Of a DNA stretch of 39,646 bases, positions 26,601 through 35,267 are shown one piece after another. Position 1 is the first letter of the stretch. Each line of letters starts with the position of its first letter. The stretch is from Acidimicrobiales bacterium. Its GTDB lineage: Bacteria > Actinomycetota > Acidimicrobiia > Acidimicrobiales > VFJN01. The stretch spans positions 1 to 39,646 of the forward strand of contig DATFVX010000047.1 of assembly GCA_035259985.1 (NCBI GenBank), read 5' to 3'. Under the pieces are notes generated by a model. It saw only the letters and a program-made list of their open reading frames with translations, ran no database searches and was not told the DNA's origin. Both the position numbers and the translations under genes were made by a program.

Positions 26601-28150
26601 TGCTGCGCATGTCGGCCCATCAGGAGCAGGCCCTGCGGTCGTACCGGTCGAACATCGAGGACCGGGGCATGGGCACCGGCCGATGGGCGCCCCGCTACGC
26701 GGCCGCCGCCCGGGCGGCCATGATCGAGGCCCGGGACGCGGTGCCGGCGTGGATCATGCCGCTCCGCGACGTCGTCGACACCGTGCCACCGGACCAGAAC
26801 AGCTTCGACGTCGTGATCATCGACGAGGCCTCCCAGGCGAGCATCGAGTCGCTGTTCCTGCTGTGGCTGGCGCCGCGTGTGATCGTGGTCGGTGACGAGC
26901 GGCAGTGCGCGCCGTCCCAGGTGATCAGGGGCGAGTTGCAGCCGATCTTCGATCGGCTCGACGACTACCTCGCCGACGTGCCGGACTACCTGAAGCTGGC
27001 GTTCACGCCGAAGTCGAACCTGTTCAGCCTCCTGCAGACCCGATTCGGGTCGGTCATCCGCCTGCGGGAGCACTTCCGCTGCATGCCCGAGATCGTCGGC
27101 TGGTCGTCTCTCCAGTTCTACGCCGATGCGCCGCTGGTGCCGCTCCGCCAGTTCGGGGAGGAGCGCCTTCCGCCGCTGCGAACGATCCACGTCGCCGGCG
27201 CCTTCACCGACGGGAGCTCGACCCGGCTGCGGAACCCGCTCGAGGCCGAGGCGCTGGTCCGGGGCCTGGTCGCCTGCCTCGCGGACCCGGCGTACGAGGA
27301 CCTGACGTTCGGCGTCGTGGTGCTGCAGGGCAGCGGCCAGGTGCGGCTGATCGAGGACCTCCTCGAGCAGCGGGTGTCACCCGAGGAGTGGGAGCGGCGG
27401 CGGCTCCGCGTGGGCACCCCGCCCGACTTCCAGGGCGACGAGCGTGACGTCGTGTTCCTCTCGATGGTCGTCGCCGATCGCCGCCGCGCGGTCACGGCGC
27501 GCGAGTGGCAGCGCCGGTTCAACGTTGCCGCCAGCCGCGGCCGCGACCAGATGTGGCTCTTCCACTCGGTGACGCCGGACCTGTTGTCGCCGGCCGACCT
27601 CCGGCGGTCGCTCCTGTCGTACATGTCGGGCCCGCCGGCCCCGGCGGCGCTCGAGCGCTTCGACGACCTGACCTGGGACTCGGACACGCGTGAGCCCTTC
27701 GAGTCGCGCTTCCAGCAGCGGGTGTTCGTCGCGCTCCGGGACCGGGGATTCCACGCGACGCCACAGGTCGACGTCAACGGCCGGCGGATCGACCTCGTGG
27801 TGAGCGGCGCCAAGGGCCGGCTGGCGGTCGAATGCGACGGCGACGACTGGCACGCCGGGCGTGAGGCGCAGGTCGCCGACCTCGAGCGCGAGCTCGAGCT
27901 GCAGCGGGCGGGCTGGAGGTTCTGGCGGGTGCGCGAATCGGAGTTCTACGTGGACCCGGCGGCCGCCCTCGGCGGGCTGTGGACCACGCTCGAGTCCCGG
28001 GGCATCCGGCCGGGCGACGTCGTGGACGCGGGGAACGAGGCGGTGCCGCTGGTGGAGACCTGGGCGCCGACGACGCTGTCCGGCGAGGAGGGGCTCGATG
28101 GCCTCGACGGCGCCGACCCCGCCGAGCTGGACGTCGAGATCGGCCCCTGA
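23636..28150 (+). CDS. 1504-aa SF1 (UPF1/DNA2-like, AAA_11/AAA_12-type) helicase with DUF4011-like N-terminus, large helical insert and C-terminal PD-(D/E)XK (DUF559/REase-like) nuclease domain
   Basis: Walker A GPPGTGKTH (aa 376-384, nt 24761). Motif II VIIDEASQ (aa 1060-1067, nt 26813 on), then VVGDERQCAP, FQGDERDVVFLSMV and FNVAASRGRDQMWLF. The C-terminal nuclease-like core is RIDLVV...LAVECDGDDWH...GWRFWRVRESEF (aa about 1355-1440). Confidence 0.85.
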   Translation: MTHMNIDEQRMRMVGPTARLVEFLRELARTGRPPVRSVDRHPVVRWLYDLPAELTLDTEAGPGETVLSIDPVASEPPPSPPAELEPWLSRADIQDSALDAPELPDAIPDDARDQAVRRYRPWVGRWQVWAEADRLLAPRRSWYEELARAGRQLEQQDDMYELVIGTGLLTWSSPTGDVRHPLLTTRVDVRTDAATGRVDVVVPDQATTSFGDRALLEGQPDFDSHRPQLVRDEIRSGAAVPLGDHNKELLARWQALALRRALPYEHSWKPSEAGERGPDLRFAPALILRERDRTSLIDYFDRMLEALSGPTAAAPLGLAQLLAALEPEDRLAWLEREGATDGGTVGGDPLFPLPVNPEQRQIIDRLRTDNGVVVLGPPGTGKTHTIANLLSALLARGQRVLVTSQKAQALRVLREKLPPEIQKLCVSMTDVARGGSRELDESVTALSDRYSTFSVARHEEETRRRTAARDTACQRVAQLTERIRALRAAETEVHPSVADGYEGTKARIAERLHGNAPACDWMPTPLPADAPFDPPLRVDELVELRGLLASRTPERVARLRQLFPDLAAVPTGVAIQALVDAETAAATEAQDAASELSMALSALDREDLAAVRTEVDRSQAAIHALGLGPDPGMWADDWRRHAVGDALARRELGIWHQLAQLGRHAAVAQDRLNSIGLRTVALPQFDAYGPGSFVHQLDAGRALAVHLAAGSQLRKRFRPAVQKRAERLLAGAAVDGAPITDGAQLDCVMATLEAEHTAGVLAGHWALVGVHLDPGLPIPRRVAQLVDLATALDNVLAVVAARDAVERRLGARGARVPLAAPSDWVGFAGVLSAVQARLEAERATQVLRDLAARFELEAQSPAAAPEIGRLGAAVAARDVDAYGSALRALAGAPAEQAEQLRCDELRGLVEAAHPVLADLLDRTCRADEWDGRIGSFPAAWAWGKAKTFLDGAREPGLEDRLAAELRDAVDRVGRTTAELAAEEAWGECLLRMSAHQEQALRSYRSNIEDRGMGTGRWAPRYAAAARAAMIEARDAVPAWIMPLRDVVDTVPPDQNSFDVVIIDEASQASIESLFLLWLAPRVIVVGDERQCAPSQVIRGELQPIFDRLDDYLADVPDYLKLAFTPKSNLFSLLQTRFGSVIRLREHFRCMPEIVGWSSLQFYADAPLVPLRQFGEERLPPLRTIHVAGAFTDGSSTRLRNPLEAEALVRGLVACLADPAYEDLTFGVVVLQGSGQVRLIEDLLEQRVSPEEWERRRLRVGTPPDFQGDERDVVFLSMVVADRRRAVTAREWQRRFNVAASRGRDQMWLFHSVTPDLLSPADLRRSLLSYMSGPPAPAALERFDDLTWDSDTREPFESRFQQRVFVALRDRGFHATPQVDVNGRRIDLVVSGAKGRLAVECDGDDWHAGREAQVADLERELELQRAGWRFWRVRESEFYVDPAAALGGLWTTLESRGIRPGDVVDAGNEAVPLVETWAPTTLSGEEGLDGLDGADPAELDVEIGP

Positions 28151-28171
28151 CCGAGGGGCCGCCCTGGAGCC

Positions 28172-28459
28172 TCAGCTCTTGACGAGGCGCTCTATCGCGC
28201 GGGTGGCCTCGGTGACCTTCTCGGCGGCGTCGGGGGCCCCCGATGCCACGGCGTCGCTGACGCAGTGGTGGAGGTGCTCGTCGAGGAGCCCGACCGCCAC
28301 GCTCTGCAGGGCGCTCGTACAGGCGGATATCTGCGTCAGCACGTCGATGCAATAGGTGTCGGACTCCACCAGGCGCTGCAGGCCCCGCACCTGGCCCTCG
28401 ATCCGGCGCAGGCGCTTGAGGTAGTCGTCCTTGGTCATGGTGTAGCCGGCCACGTACAT
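28172..28459 (-). CDS. csoR: CsoR/RcnR-family metal-sensing transcriptional repressor (Cu-type C-H-C ligand set)
   Basis: 95 aa with KDDYLKRLRRIEGQVRGLQRLV, YCIDVLTQISA and EHLHHC (Cys ... His-x3-Cys). Confidence 0.88.
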   Translation of the reverse strand: MYVAGYTMTKDDYLKRLRRIEGQVRGLQRLVESDTYCIDVLTQISACTSALQSVAVGLLDEHLHHCVSDAVASGAPDAAEKVTEATRAIERLVKS

Positions 28460-28474
28460 ACCCTAACGGGGTAT
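28458..28474. promoter_or_regulatory. CsoR-type operator-like pseudo-palindrome ATACCC-TAACG-GGGTAT
   Basis: Read directly from the sequence. It overlaps the annotated csoR start codon and lies in the 63-bp csoR/nfo divergent gap. It resembles the GC-rich ATACCC...GGGTAT boxes reported for CsoR regulators (from memory). Confidence 0.5.
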
Positions 28475-28522
28475 CGACGGAACGGGAACCGACCCGGCGG
28501 ACCGCGGGCGTAGCCTGATGGG

Positions 28523-29281
28523 GTGCTCATCGGATCCCACGTCAACCAGGCCGACCCGCTCGGCGTCGCCGCCGCCGAGGACGCCGATCTCGTCCAGATC
28601 TTCCTGGGCGACCCCCAGAGCTGGAAGAAGCCGCCGCCCCGGGACGACGTCGAGGAGCTGCGGGCATCGCCGGTGCCGGTCTACGTCCATGCGCCCTACC
28701 TGGTGAACCTGGCGTCGCCCAACAACCGCATCCGCATCCCGTCGCGGAAGATCCTGCAGAACACGTGCGACGCCGCCGCCGAGATCGGTGCCCGAGCGGT
28801 GATCGTGCACGGCGGGCACGTCACCGATGACGACGAGCCGGGCGCCGGGTTCCTCCGCTGGCGCAAGGGCCTGGAGCAGCTCGAGACCGAGGTGCCGGTC
28901 TACCTCGAGAACACGGCCGGGGGCGACCATGCGATGGCCCGCCACTTCGACACCATCGCGGGCCTGTGGGAGGCGATCGGCGACAAGGGCATCGGCTTCT
29001 GCCTCGACACCTGTCACGCCTGGGCGGCGGGTGAGGCCCTCATCGACGCCGTCGACCGCATCAAGGCCATCACCGGGCGCATCGACCTGGTGCACTGCAA
29101 CGACTCCAAGGACGCAGCCGGGTCCGGTGCCGACCGCCACGCCAACATCGGCACCGGCACCATCGACCCCGAGCTGCTCGTCGCCGTCGTCTCGGCGGCC
29201 GGTGCTCCGGTGGTGTGCGAGACGGCCCCCGAGGGCCGCAAGGACGACGTCGCCTTCCTGCGCGACCAGACGGCGACCTAG
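28523..29281 (+). CDS. nfo: Deoxyribonuclease IV (endonuclease IV, AP endonuclease)
   Basis: GTG start. Contains [38 protein letters not shown] and HCNDSKD (metal-ligand motifs of the TIM-barrel EndoIV family). Confidence 0.92.
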   Translation: MLIGSHVNQADPLGVAAAEDADLVQIFLGDPQSWKKPPPRDDVEELRASPVPVYVHAPYLVNLASPNNRIRIPSRKILQNTCDAAAEIGARAVIVHGGHVTDDDEPGAGFLRWRKGLEQLETEVPVYLENTAGGDHAMARHFDTIAGLWEAIGDKGIGFCLDTCHAWAAGEALIDAVDRIKAITGRIDLVHCNDSKDAAGSGADRHANIGTGTIDPELLVAVVSAAGAPVVCETAPEGRKDDVAFLRDQTAT

Positions 29282-29358
29282 GGCAACCGACGAACTTGCG
29301 GTGGCTAGGGCCCCCATGGGGTCCCCAACCGCCGCAAGTTGGGGAGGGACGGACGGGG

Positions 29359-31257
29359 CTACGCCAGCCCGAGCGCCGTGGTCTCGTCGGCGGCGGTGGG
29401 GTCGTTGCGCACGAGCGTGCGGTACAGCTCCGCGTAGAGCCCATCCCTCGCCACCAGGTCCGCATGGCGGCCCCGCTCGACGATCCGGCCGTTGTCGAGC
29501 ACCAGGATCTGGTCGGCGGAGACGATGGTGGACAGGCGATGGGCGATCACGAAGCTGGTCCGGCCGGCGAGCGCCACGCCCAGCGCCTCCTGCACGAGCG
29601 CCTCGTTCTCGGTGTCGAGGTTGCTGGTGGCCTCGTCGAGGATGACGATGGCCGGGTCCTTCAGCAGCATGCGGGCGATGGCCAGGCGCTGCTTCTCGCC
29701 ACCCGAGAGCCGGTAGCCCCGCTCCCCCACGACCGTGTCGTAGCCGTCCGGCATGCGGGCGATCACGTCGTGGATCTGGGCGGCGCGGCAGGCGGCCTCG
29801 ACCTCGTCCTGCGTGGCGCCGGGCCGCGCGTAGCGCAGGTTGTTCCCGACGCTGTCGTGGAACATGTGCGGGTCCTGGGTGACGACGCCGACGGCACCGT
29901 GGAGCGAGTCCAGCGTGAGGTCGCGGACGTCGCGGCCGTCGATGCGCACGGCGCCGTCGGTGACGTCGTAGATGCGCGCGATCAGCATCGACAGCGTCGT
30001 CTTCCCCGCCCCCGACGGCCCGACCAGGGCCACGAGCTCGCCGGGCCGCCCCCGCGCCGAGACGCCCTGCAACACGTTGCGCGTTCGAGCGGGGCCGCCG
30101 TTGGTGCGGCCGTCGGCGGATGGCGTGGCGACGGCGGGATCGAGCTCGAGGGTGGGGACGATCGTGCCGGTGGGGTACGCGAACCACACGTCGTCGAACT
30201 CGACCTCGCCCCGGACGTCGACGAGGTCCACGGCGCCGGGCCGGTCGGTGAGCGGCACCGGGGTGTCCAGCACCTCGAACACCCGGTCGAACGACACGAA
30301 GGCGCTCATCAAGTCGACGGGAGCGTTGCTCAAGGCGGTCAGCGGCCCGTACAGGCGCCCGACGTAGGCCGCCATCGCGACCAGCGTCCCGACCGAGAGC
30401 GCACCGGAGATCACCTGGAGCCCGCCGACCCAGTAGATGGCGGCGGTGCCGATGGCTCCCACCAGGCCGAGAGCGATGAAGAAGGTGCGCCCGAGCAGCG
30501 CGGCCTTGATGCCCGCCTGCCGGACGCCGTCGGCCCGTGCCGCGAAGCTGCGCTGCTCGTCGTTGCCGCGGCCGAACAACTTCACCAGCAGGGCGCCGGC
30601 CACGTTGAAGCGCTCGGTCATCGTGGTGTTCATCGACGCGTTCAGGTCCATCTGCTGGCGGGTGACCGCTTGCAGGCGCCGGCCGACGCGCTTGGCCGGA
30701 AGGATGAACAGCGGCAGCACCACCAGCGACAGCAGCGTGAGCCGCCACTCGAGCAGGGCCATCGCCGCCAGCGTCGTGACCAGGACGATGACGTTGGACA
30801 CGACCGAGCCGATCGTGCCCGTGAGGGCCCGCTGGGCGCCGACGACGTCGGTGTTGAGGCGGTTGGTCAGCGCCCCGGTCTGGGTGCGGGTGAAGAAGGC
30901 CAACGGCATGCGCTGCACGTGGGCGAAGAGCGCCACCCGCAGGTCGTAGATCACACCCTCGCCGACGCGGGACGAGACGTACCGGTCGGCCACCGCCAGG
31001 GCCGCGCTGCCGAGCGCCGCCAGCACGGCGAGGCCGGCGAGGAGGTTCAGGTACGACCGGTCGCCGTTGGGGATGGCCGTGTCGATGATGCTGCGGAAGA
31101 GCAGCGGCGGCACCAGCTGGACGAGCGCGGTGGCCACGATGATCCCCAGGTAGCCGAGGAGCATCCAGCGATAGGGCCGGGCGAACCGCCAGACCCGCCA
31201 CACGAGCGACCGGTCGACGCTGGCGCCCTCGAGCTGGCTCGGGTCGGCCCCCAGCAT
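29359..31257 (-). CDS. ABC transporter, fused permease/ATP-binding exporter (MsbA/MdlB-like half transporter)
   Basis: N-terminal 6-TM domain, Walker A GPSGAGKTT, signature LSGGEKQRLAIAR, Walker B VILDEATS. The start was chosen at ATG 31257 (MLGADPSQLEG). The ORF is open upstream to 31461, but that part looks non-coding. Confidence 0.88.
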   Translation of the reverse strand: MLGADPSQLEGASVDRSLVWRVWRFARPYRWMLLGYLGIIVATALVQLVPPLLFRSIIDTAIPNGDRSYLNLLAGLAVLAALGSAALAVADRYVSSRVGEGVIYDLRVALFAHVQRMPLAFFTRTQTGALTNRLNTDVVGAQRALTGTIGSVVSNVIVLVTTLAAMALLEWRLTLLSLVVLPLFILPAKRVGRRLQAVTRQQMDLNASMNTTMTERFNVAGALLVKLFGRGNDEQRSFAARADGVRQAGIKAALLGRTFFIALGLVGAIGTAAIYWVGGLQVISGALSVGTLVAMAAYVGRLYGPLTALSNAPVDLMSAFVSFDRVFEVLDTPVPLTDRPGAVDLVDVRGEVEFDDVWFAYPTGTIVPTLELDPAVATPSADGRTNGGPARTRNVLQGVSARGRPGELVALVGPSGAGKTTLSMLIARIYDVTDGAVRIDGRDVRDLTLDSLHGAVGVVTQDPHMFHDSVGNNLRYARPGATQDEVEAACRAAQIHDVIARMPDGYDTVVGERGYRLSGGEKQRLAIARMLLKDPAIVILDEATSNLDTENEALVQEALGVALAGRTSFVIAHRLSTIVSADQILVLDNGRIVERGRHADLVARDGLYAELYRTLVRNDPTAADETTALGLA

Positions 31258-31447
31258 GGGATGTGACCCCACGCTCCCACCACCGACTCGTCCACCAACA
31301 CGCATGAGGTGCAGGCTACGGGCGCCATGGCGACATGAACGCTCTCGGTGGCCCGGGCTTTCGGTGGACCGGGACCGCCCGATACTGTCGGCGGCGCCGC
31401 CCGGGGGGAGCGGGGAGGCGGCGAGACGGCTGGGGAACCGGGGATCG

Positions 31448-34021
31448 ATGGCTGCCACCACGACGGACAGGACCGACGCGAGCGTGACGGCAGGGCGGAC
31501 CGGCGGTGCTCGGCTGCCGCGCTGGCTGGCCCTGCTCCTCGTGTCGCTCGCCGGGCTGCTTCTCGAGGTCGGCTACACCCGCATCGTCGGCTACAAGCTC
31601 TGGTACTACTACACCTACCTGGTCATCGGGCTCAGCCTCCTCGGCATCGGATCGGGCGCCATCCTCGTGGCCATCTGGGAGCCGATGCGGCGGTGGGCCA
31701 CCGAGCGGATCATCGCCGTCTGCTCGGTTGTCGGCGCCGTGAGCATCGCGCTCGGCTATCTGGCGATCGCCAGGTTGCCCATCGACACGTTGGCCATCTG
31801 GGACTACGGGTCCGGCGCGTCGTTCGGCAACCTGGGCCTCCTTGCCCTGATCTGCCTCCTGCTGTTCGCCTCGTTCATCGCCCTGGGCGTGATCCTGGCC
31901 ACCGTCCTGGGCCGGGCGGGCGATGGCGTCGGGCGCCTCTACTTCGCCGACCTCGTGGGCGCCGCGCTCGGGTGCCTGCTGGCGATCCCCCTCATCGTCC
32001 GCCTGGGGCCGCCGGCGGTCGTCATGGTCGCGGCGTTGGTGTTCGCCGCCGTGGGCGTGCTGTCCAGTCCCCTCCGCTCGCCGACGTTCGTCGTGGGATC
32101 GGTCGCCGCCGCCCTGCTCCTGGCCGTCGTCGCGGGGCGGGGCATCCTGCCGGATGTCCGGAACGAGGCGGGCAAGTTCGGTGGAGGCGGCCCCGGCGTC
32201 GACTACTCCGACTGGGGGCCGGTGTTCCGTGTCGATGTCACGGGTCCGCTCCCCGCCCACAAGGGCGAGAACCGGATGCTGATCCACGACGGCAATCCGG
32301 GCTCCGGCTTGTGGCCGTTCAACGGCGACCTCTCCTCGCTCACGCGCTACGACAGCGACCCGCGGGCCATCCCGTTCGCCGTGCTCGACGGCGCGCCCGG
32401 GCGCGAACTGATCATCGGCTCAGCGGGCGGCAACGAGATCCTCGCCTCGCTGTACTTCGGGGCCGACGACATCGAGGCCGTCGAGCTCAACCCCGTGACC
32501 GTGTCGCTGCTGAAGGACCACTTCGCCGACTACACCGGGCACCTGACCGAACGGCCCGACGTCAAGCAGCACCAGGGCGACGGGCGGTCCTACCTCGCCC
32601 GCCACAACGCCGACTACGACCTGGTGTGGTTCCCGGCCCCGGACAGCTATGCCGCCAACAACGCCGCCTCGTTGGGCGCCTTCGTGCTGTCCGAGAGCTA
32701 CCTGTACACGACGGAGATGATCGAGGAGTCCCTGGATCACCTCACCCAGGACGGGATCATGGTCGTGCAGTTCGGCGAGTGGGACTTCGGGACGCAACCC
32801 TCGCGGACATCGCGCTACATCACGACCGCGCGCCGAGCCCTCACGAACTTCGGCGTCGACGATCCCGCCAGCCATCTGATGGTGGCCGTCGAGGAGCCGC
32901 CGAGGGGAGACGGCCTGTCGACCAGCCTGTCGACGATCGTCGTGAAGCGCACGCCGTTCACCGACGCCGAGGCCGACGCCTTCGCGACCACGGTGGCCGG
33001 CCTCCCCGACCACCACGCCGTGTACGCGCCCGGCGTCGACCTCGTTGCCAACGAGCCGGGTGATCGGACCGTCGCCCGGCTGGCGGGCGGCAGCGATGCG
33101 GACGTCCAGGCGCTGGTCGCCGGCTCCAGCCGGGAGATCGACCCCATCAGCGACGACGCCCCGTTCTTCTGGCACTTCCACGACTTCCCCCACGTGCTGG
33201 GCGACATCCTGTCGCCGCTCGACACCAATGACCCCGAAGACGTCATCGGCGAGCGCGTGCTGCTCCTGCTGCTGGCCATCGCCGTCGTGTATGCCGCGGT
33301 GTTCCTCCTGCTGCCGTTCGTCGCCGTGCGCCGGACCTGGAGGGCACTCCCGGCCAAGGGGCCGTCCGGCGTCTACTTCGCGGCGCTCGGGCTGGGCTTC
33401 ATGTTCTTCGAGATCACGATGATCCAGCGGCTGGTGCTGTTCCTGGGCTACCCGACCTACTCGCTCACGGTGACGCTGGCCTCGATCCTGGTGTTCACCG
33501 GCATCGGCGCGCTGGCGAGCCGGCCGCTGGCGGCATGGCGGCGCTCGCCATTGCCACTGATCCTGGGCGTGCTCGCCTGCCTGACGGTCTTCTACCGCTT
33601 CGGGCTCGACCCGCTCACCGAGTCGCTGCTGTCCTCGTCGCTGGGCGTGCGCGTGCTGGTGGCGGTGCTGCTGCTGGCCCCGCTCGGCCTGTGCCTGGGC
33701 ATGTTCATGCCGCTGGGCCTGGCCACGGTGTCGCGGCTCACCGACCACGGCGATGCGTATGCCGCCTGGGGCTGGGCGATCAACGGCTTCTTCTCCGTGA
33801 TCGGCTCGGTGCTGACGACCATCCTGTCGATGTCGCTCGGCTTTCGGGCCGTCCAGCTGGCGGCGCTGGCCATCTATGCCGTAGCCGTGCTGGCGTTCGT
33901 TGCGCTGAGGCGATCGGCGGACCGCGCCGCCATCCCTCGGGCCCGCGAGCTCTCGCCTCCGGCGGACGAGCCGACGGAGGCGGTCCTCGCGCCGGCCTCG
34001 GTTTCGGGCTCTCATACCTGA
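31448..34021 (+). CDS. Spermidine-synthase-like (class I MTase fold) protein flanked by two polytopic membrane modules
   Basis: ATG at 31448. There are about 7 N-terminal TM helices. The central domain has LIIGSAGGNEILASL, AVELNPVTV, QGDGRSYL and DLVWFPAPDS (aminopropyltransferase-like pattern). A further multi-TM module follows from about aa 640. Confidence 0.75.
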   Translation: MAATTTDRTDASVTAGRTGGARLPRWLALLLVSLAGLLLEVGYTRIVGYKLWYYYTYLVIGLSLLGIGSGAILVAIWEPMRRWATERIIAVCSVVGAVSIALGYLAIARLPIDTLAIWDYGSGASFGNLGLLALICLLLFASFIALGVILATVLGRAGDGVGRLYFADLVGAALGCLLAIPLIVRLGPPAVVMVAALVFAAVGVLSSPLRSPTFVVGSVAAALLLAVVAGRGILPDVRNEAGKFGGGGPGVDYSDWGPVFRVDVTGPLPAHKGENRMLIHDGNPGSGLWPFNGDLSSLTRYDSDPRAIPFAVLDGAPGRELIIGSAGGNEILASLYFGADDIEAVELNPVTVSLLKDHFADYTGHLTERPDVKQHQGDGRSYLARHNADYDLVWFPAPDSYAANNAASLGAFVLSESYLYTTEMIEESLDHLTQDGIMVVQFGEWDFGTQPSRTSRYITTARRALTNFGVDDPASHLMVAVEEPPRGDGLSTSLSTIVVKRTPFTDAEADAFATTVAGLPDHHAVYAPGVDLVANEPGDRTVARLAGGSDADVQALVAGSSREIDPISDDAPFFWHFHDFPHVLGDILSPLDTNDPEDVIGERVLLLLLAIAVVYAAVFLLLPFVAVRRTWRALPAKGPSGVYFAALGLGFMFFEITMIQRLVLFLGYPTYSLTVTLASILVFTGIGALASRPLAAWRRSPLPLILGVLACLTVFYRFGLDPLTESLLSSSLGVRVLVAVLLLAPLGLCLGMFMPLGLATVSRLTDHGDAYAAWGWAINGFFSVIGSVLTTILSMSLGFRAVQLAALAIYAVAVLAFVALRRSADRAAIPRARELSPPADEPTEAVLAPASVSGSHT

Positions 34022-34055
34022 CGATCCGTCAGAATCGGTCGTATAGCGTGCCGGC

Positions 34056-35228
34056 GTGGACCTCCGGGAGAGCGCCGACGACCGGTCCTTCCGCGACGAG
34101 GTCCGCACGTTCCTGGAGGACAGCCTGGCCGGCGAGTTTGCCGCCCTCCGGGGCCGGGGCGGCCCCGGCGACGAGCGCGCGCTGTTCGAGGAGCGACTCG
34201 CCTGGGAGCGCCACCTGGGCGCCCACGGCTGGACGTGTGTCGGCTGGCCCAAGGAGCACGGCGGCCGGGGTCTGTCGCTGCGGCGCCAAGTGGTCTTCCT
34301 CGAGGAGTACGCCCGCGCCCGGGGCCCGGGACGGCTGGGCCACATCGGCGAGGGCCTGCTGGGGCCCACCGTCATCGCCTTCGGGTCGCCCCAACAGCGG
34401 CTGCGCTTCCTGCCGCCGATCCTCGCCGGCACCGAGCTCTGGTGCCAGGGCTACTCGGAGCCCGATGCGGGCAGCGACCTGGCCAACATCGCCACCAGGG
34501 CGTCGCGCGACGGCGACGACTGGGTGATCCACGGGCAGAAGGTCTGGACCTCGCTGGCCCACTGGGCGGACTGGTGCTTCGTGCTGGCGCGCACGTCGCC
34601 GGCCCCCGACCGCAGCGCGCGCCACGCCGGCATGTCCTACCTCCTGGTTCCCATGCGGCAGGACGGCGTCGAGGTCCGGCCCATCGTGCAGCTCACCGGC
34701 GACAGCGAGTTCAACGAGGTGTTCTTCGACGGCGCCCGCACGCCGGCGGAGAACGTCGTGGGCGACGTGGGCGGCGGCTGGGGCGTCGCCATGGGGACCC
34801 TGGCGTTCGAGCGGGGCGCATCGACGCTGGGGCAGCAGCTCAACTTCCGCAACGAGCTGGATGCCATCGTCGCCGCCGCCCGCCGCTCCGGCACGGCCGG
34901 CGATCCCGTCCTGCGCCAGCGACTGGCGCAGGCACACATCGGCCTGGAGATCATGCGGCTCAACGCCCTGCGCACCCTCGCGGGCGGCGAGGCGGGCGCC
35001 CTCCCGCCCGGGGCGCTGATCGGCAAGCTGTTCTGGGCGACGTTCCACCGGGGACTGGGGGAGCTGGCGATGGACGTGCTCGGGGCCCACGCGTTGGCGA
35101 CCGGAGACCCCGCGCTCCGGCGGCTGTTCCTCTTCAGCCGGGCCGACACGATCTACGCCGGGTCGAACGAGATCCAGCGCAACATCATCGGCGAGCGCGC
35201 CCTCGGCCTGCCCAAGGAGCCCCGGTAG
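34056..35228 (+). CDS. Acyl-CoA dehydrogenase family protein
   Basis: 390 aa, GTG start, with WCQGYSEPDAGSDLANI, INGQKVWTS-like (IHGQKVWTS) and GSNEIQRNIIGERALGLPKE. Confidence 0.9.
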   Translation: MDLRESADDRSFRDEVRTFLEDSLAGEFAALRGRGGPGDERALFEERLAWERHLGAHGWTCVGWPKEHGGRGLSLRRQVVFLEEYARARGPGRLGHIGEGLLGPTVIAFGSPQQRLRFLPPILAGTELWCQGYSEPDAGSDLANIATRASRDGDDWVIHGQKVWTSLAHWADWCFVLARTSPAPDRSARHAGMSYLLVPMRQDGVEVRPIVQLTGDSEFNEVFFDGARTPAENVVGDVGGGWGVAMGTLAFERGASTLGQQLNFRNELDAIVAAARRSGTAGDPVLRQRLAQAHIGLEIMRLNALRTLAGGEAGALPPGALIGKLFWATFHRGLGELAMDVLGAHALATGDPALRRLFLFSRADTIYAGSNEIQRNIIGERALGLPKEPR

Positions 35229-35267
35229 ATGGTCTGTGTGGTCGCGGAGCCCCGAGTCACTTGCCTA

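Noticed and set aside
28463-31201. 912-aa minus-strand ORF spanning nfo and the ABC transporter
   Set aside because: It is antisense to nfo and out of frame with the ABC gene. It is Arg/Pro/Gly/His-rich junk.
32420-34432. 670-aa minus-strand ORF opposite the SpeE-like and acyl-CoA dehydrogenase genes
   Set aside because: It is an antisense shadow crossing two real genes and an intergenic gap, with low-complexity composition.
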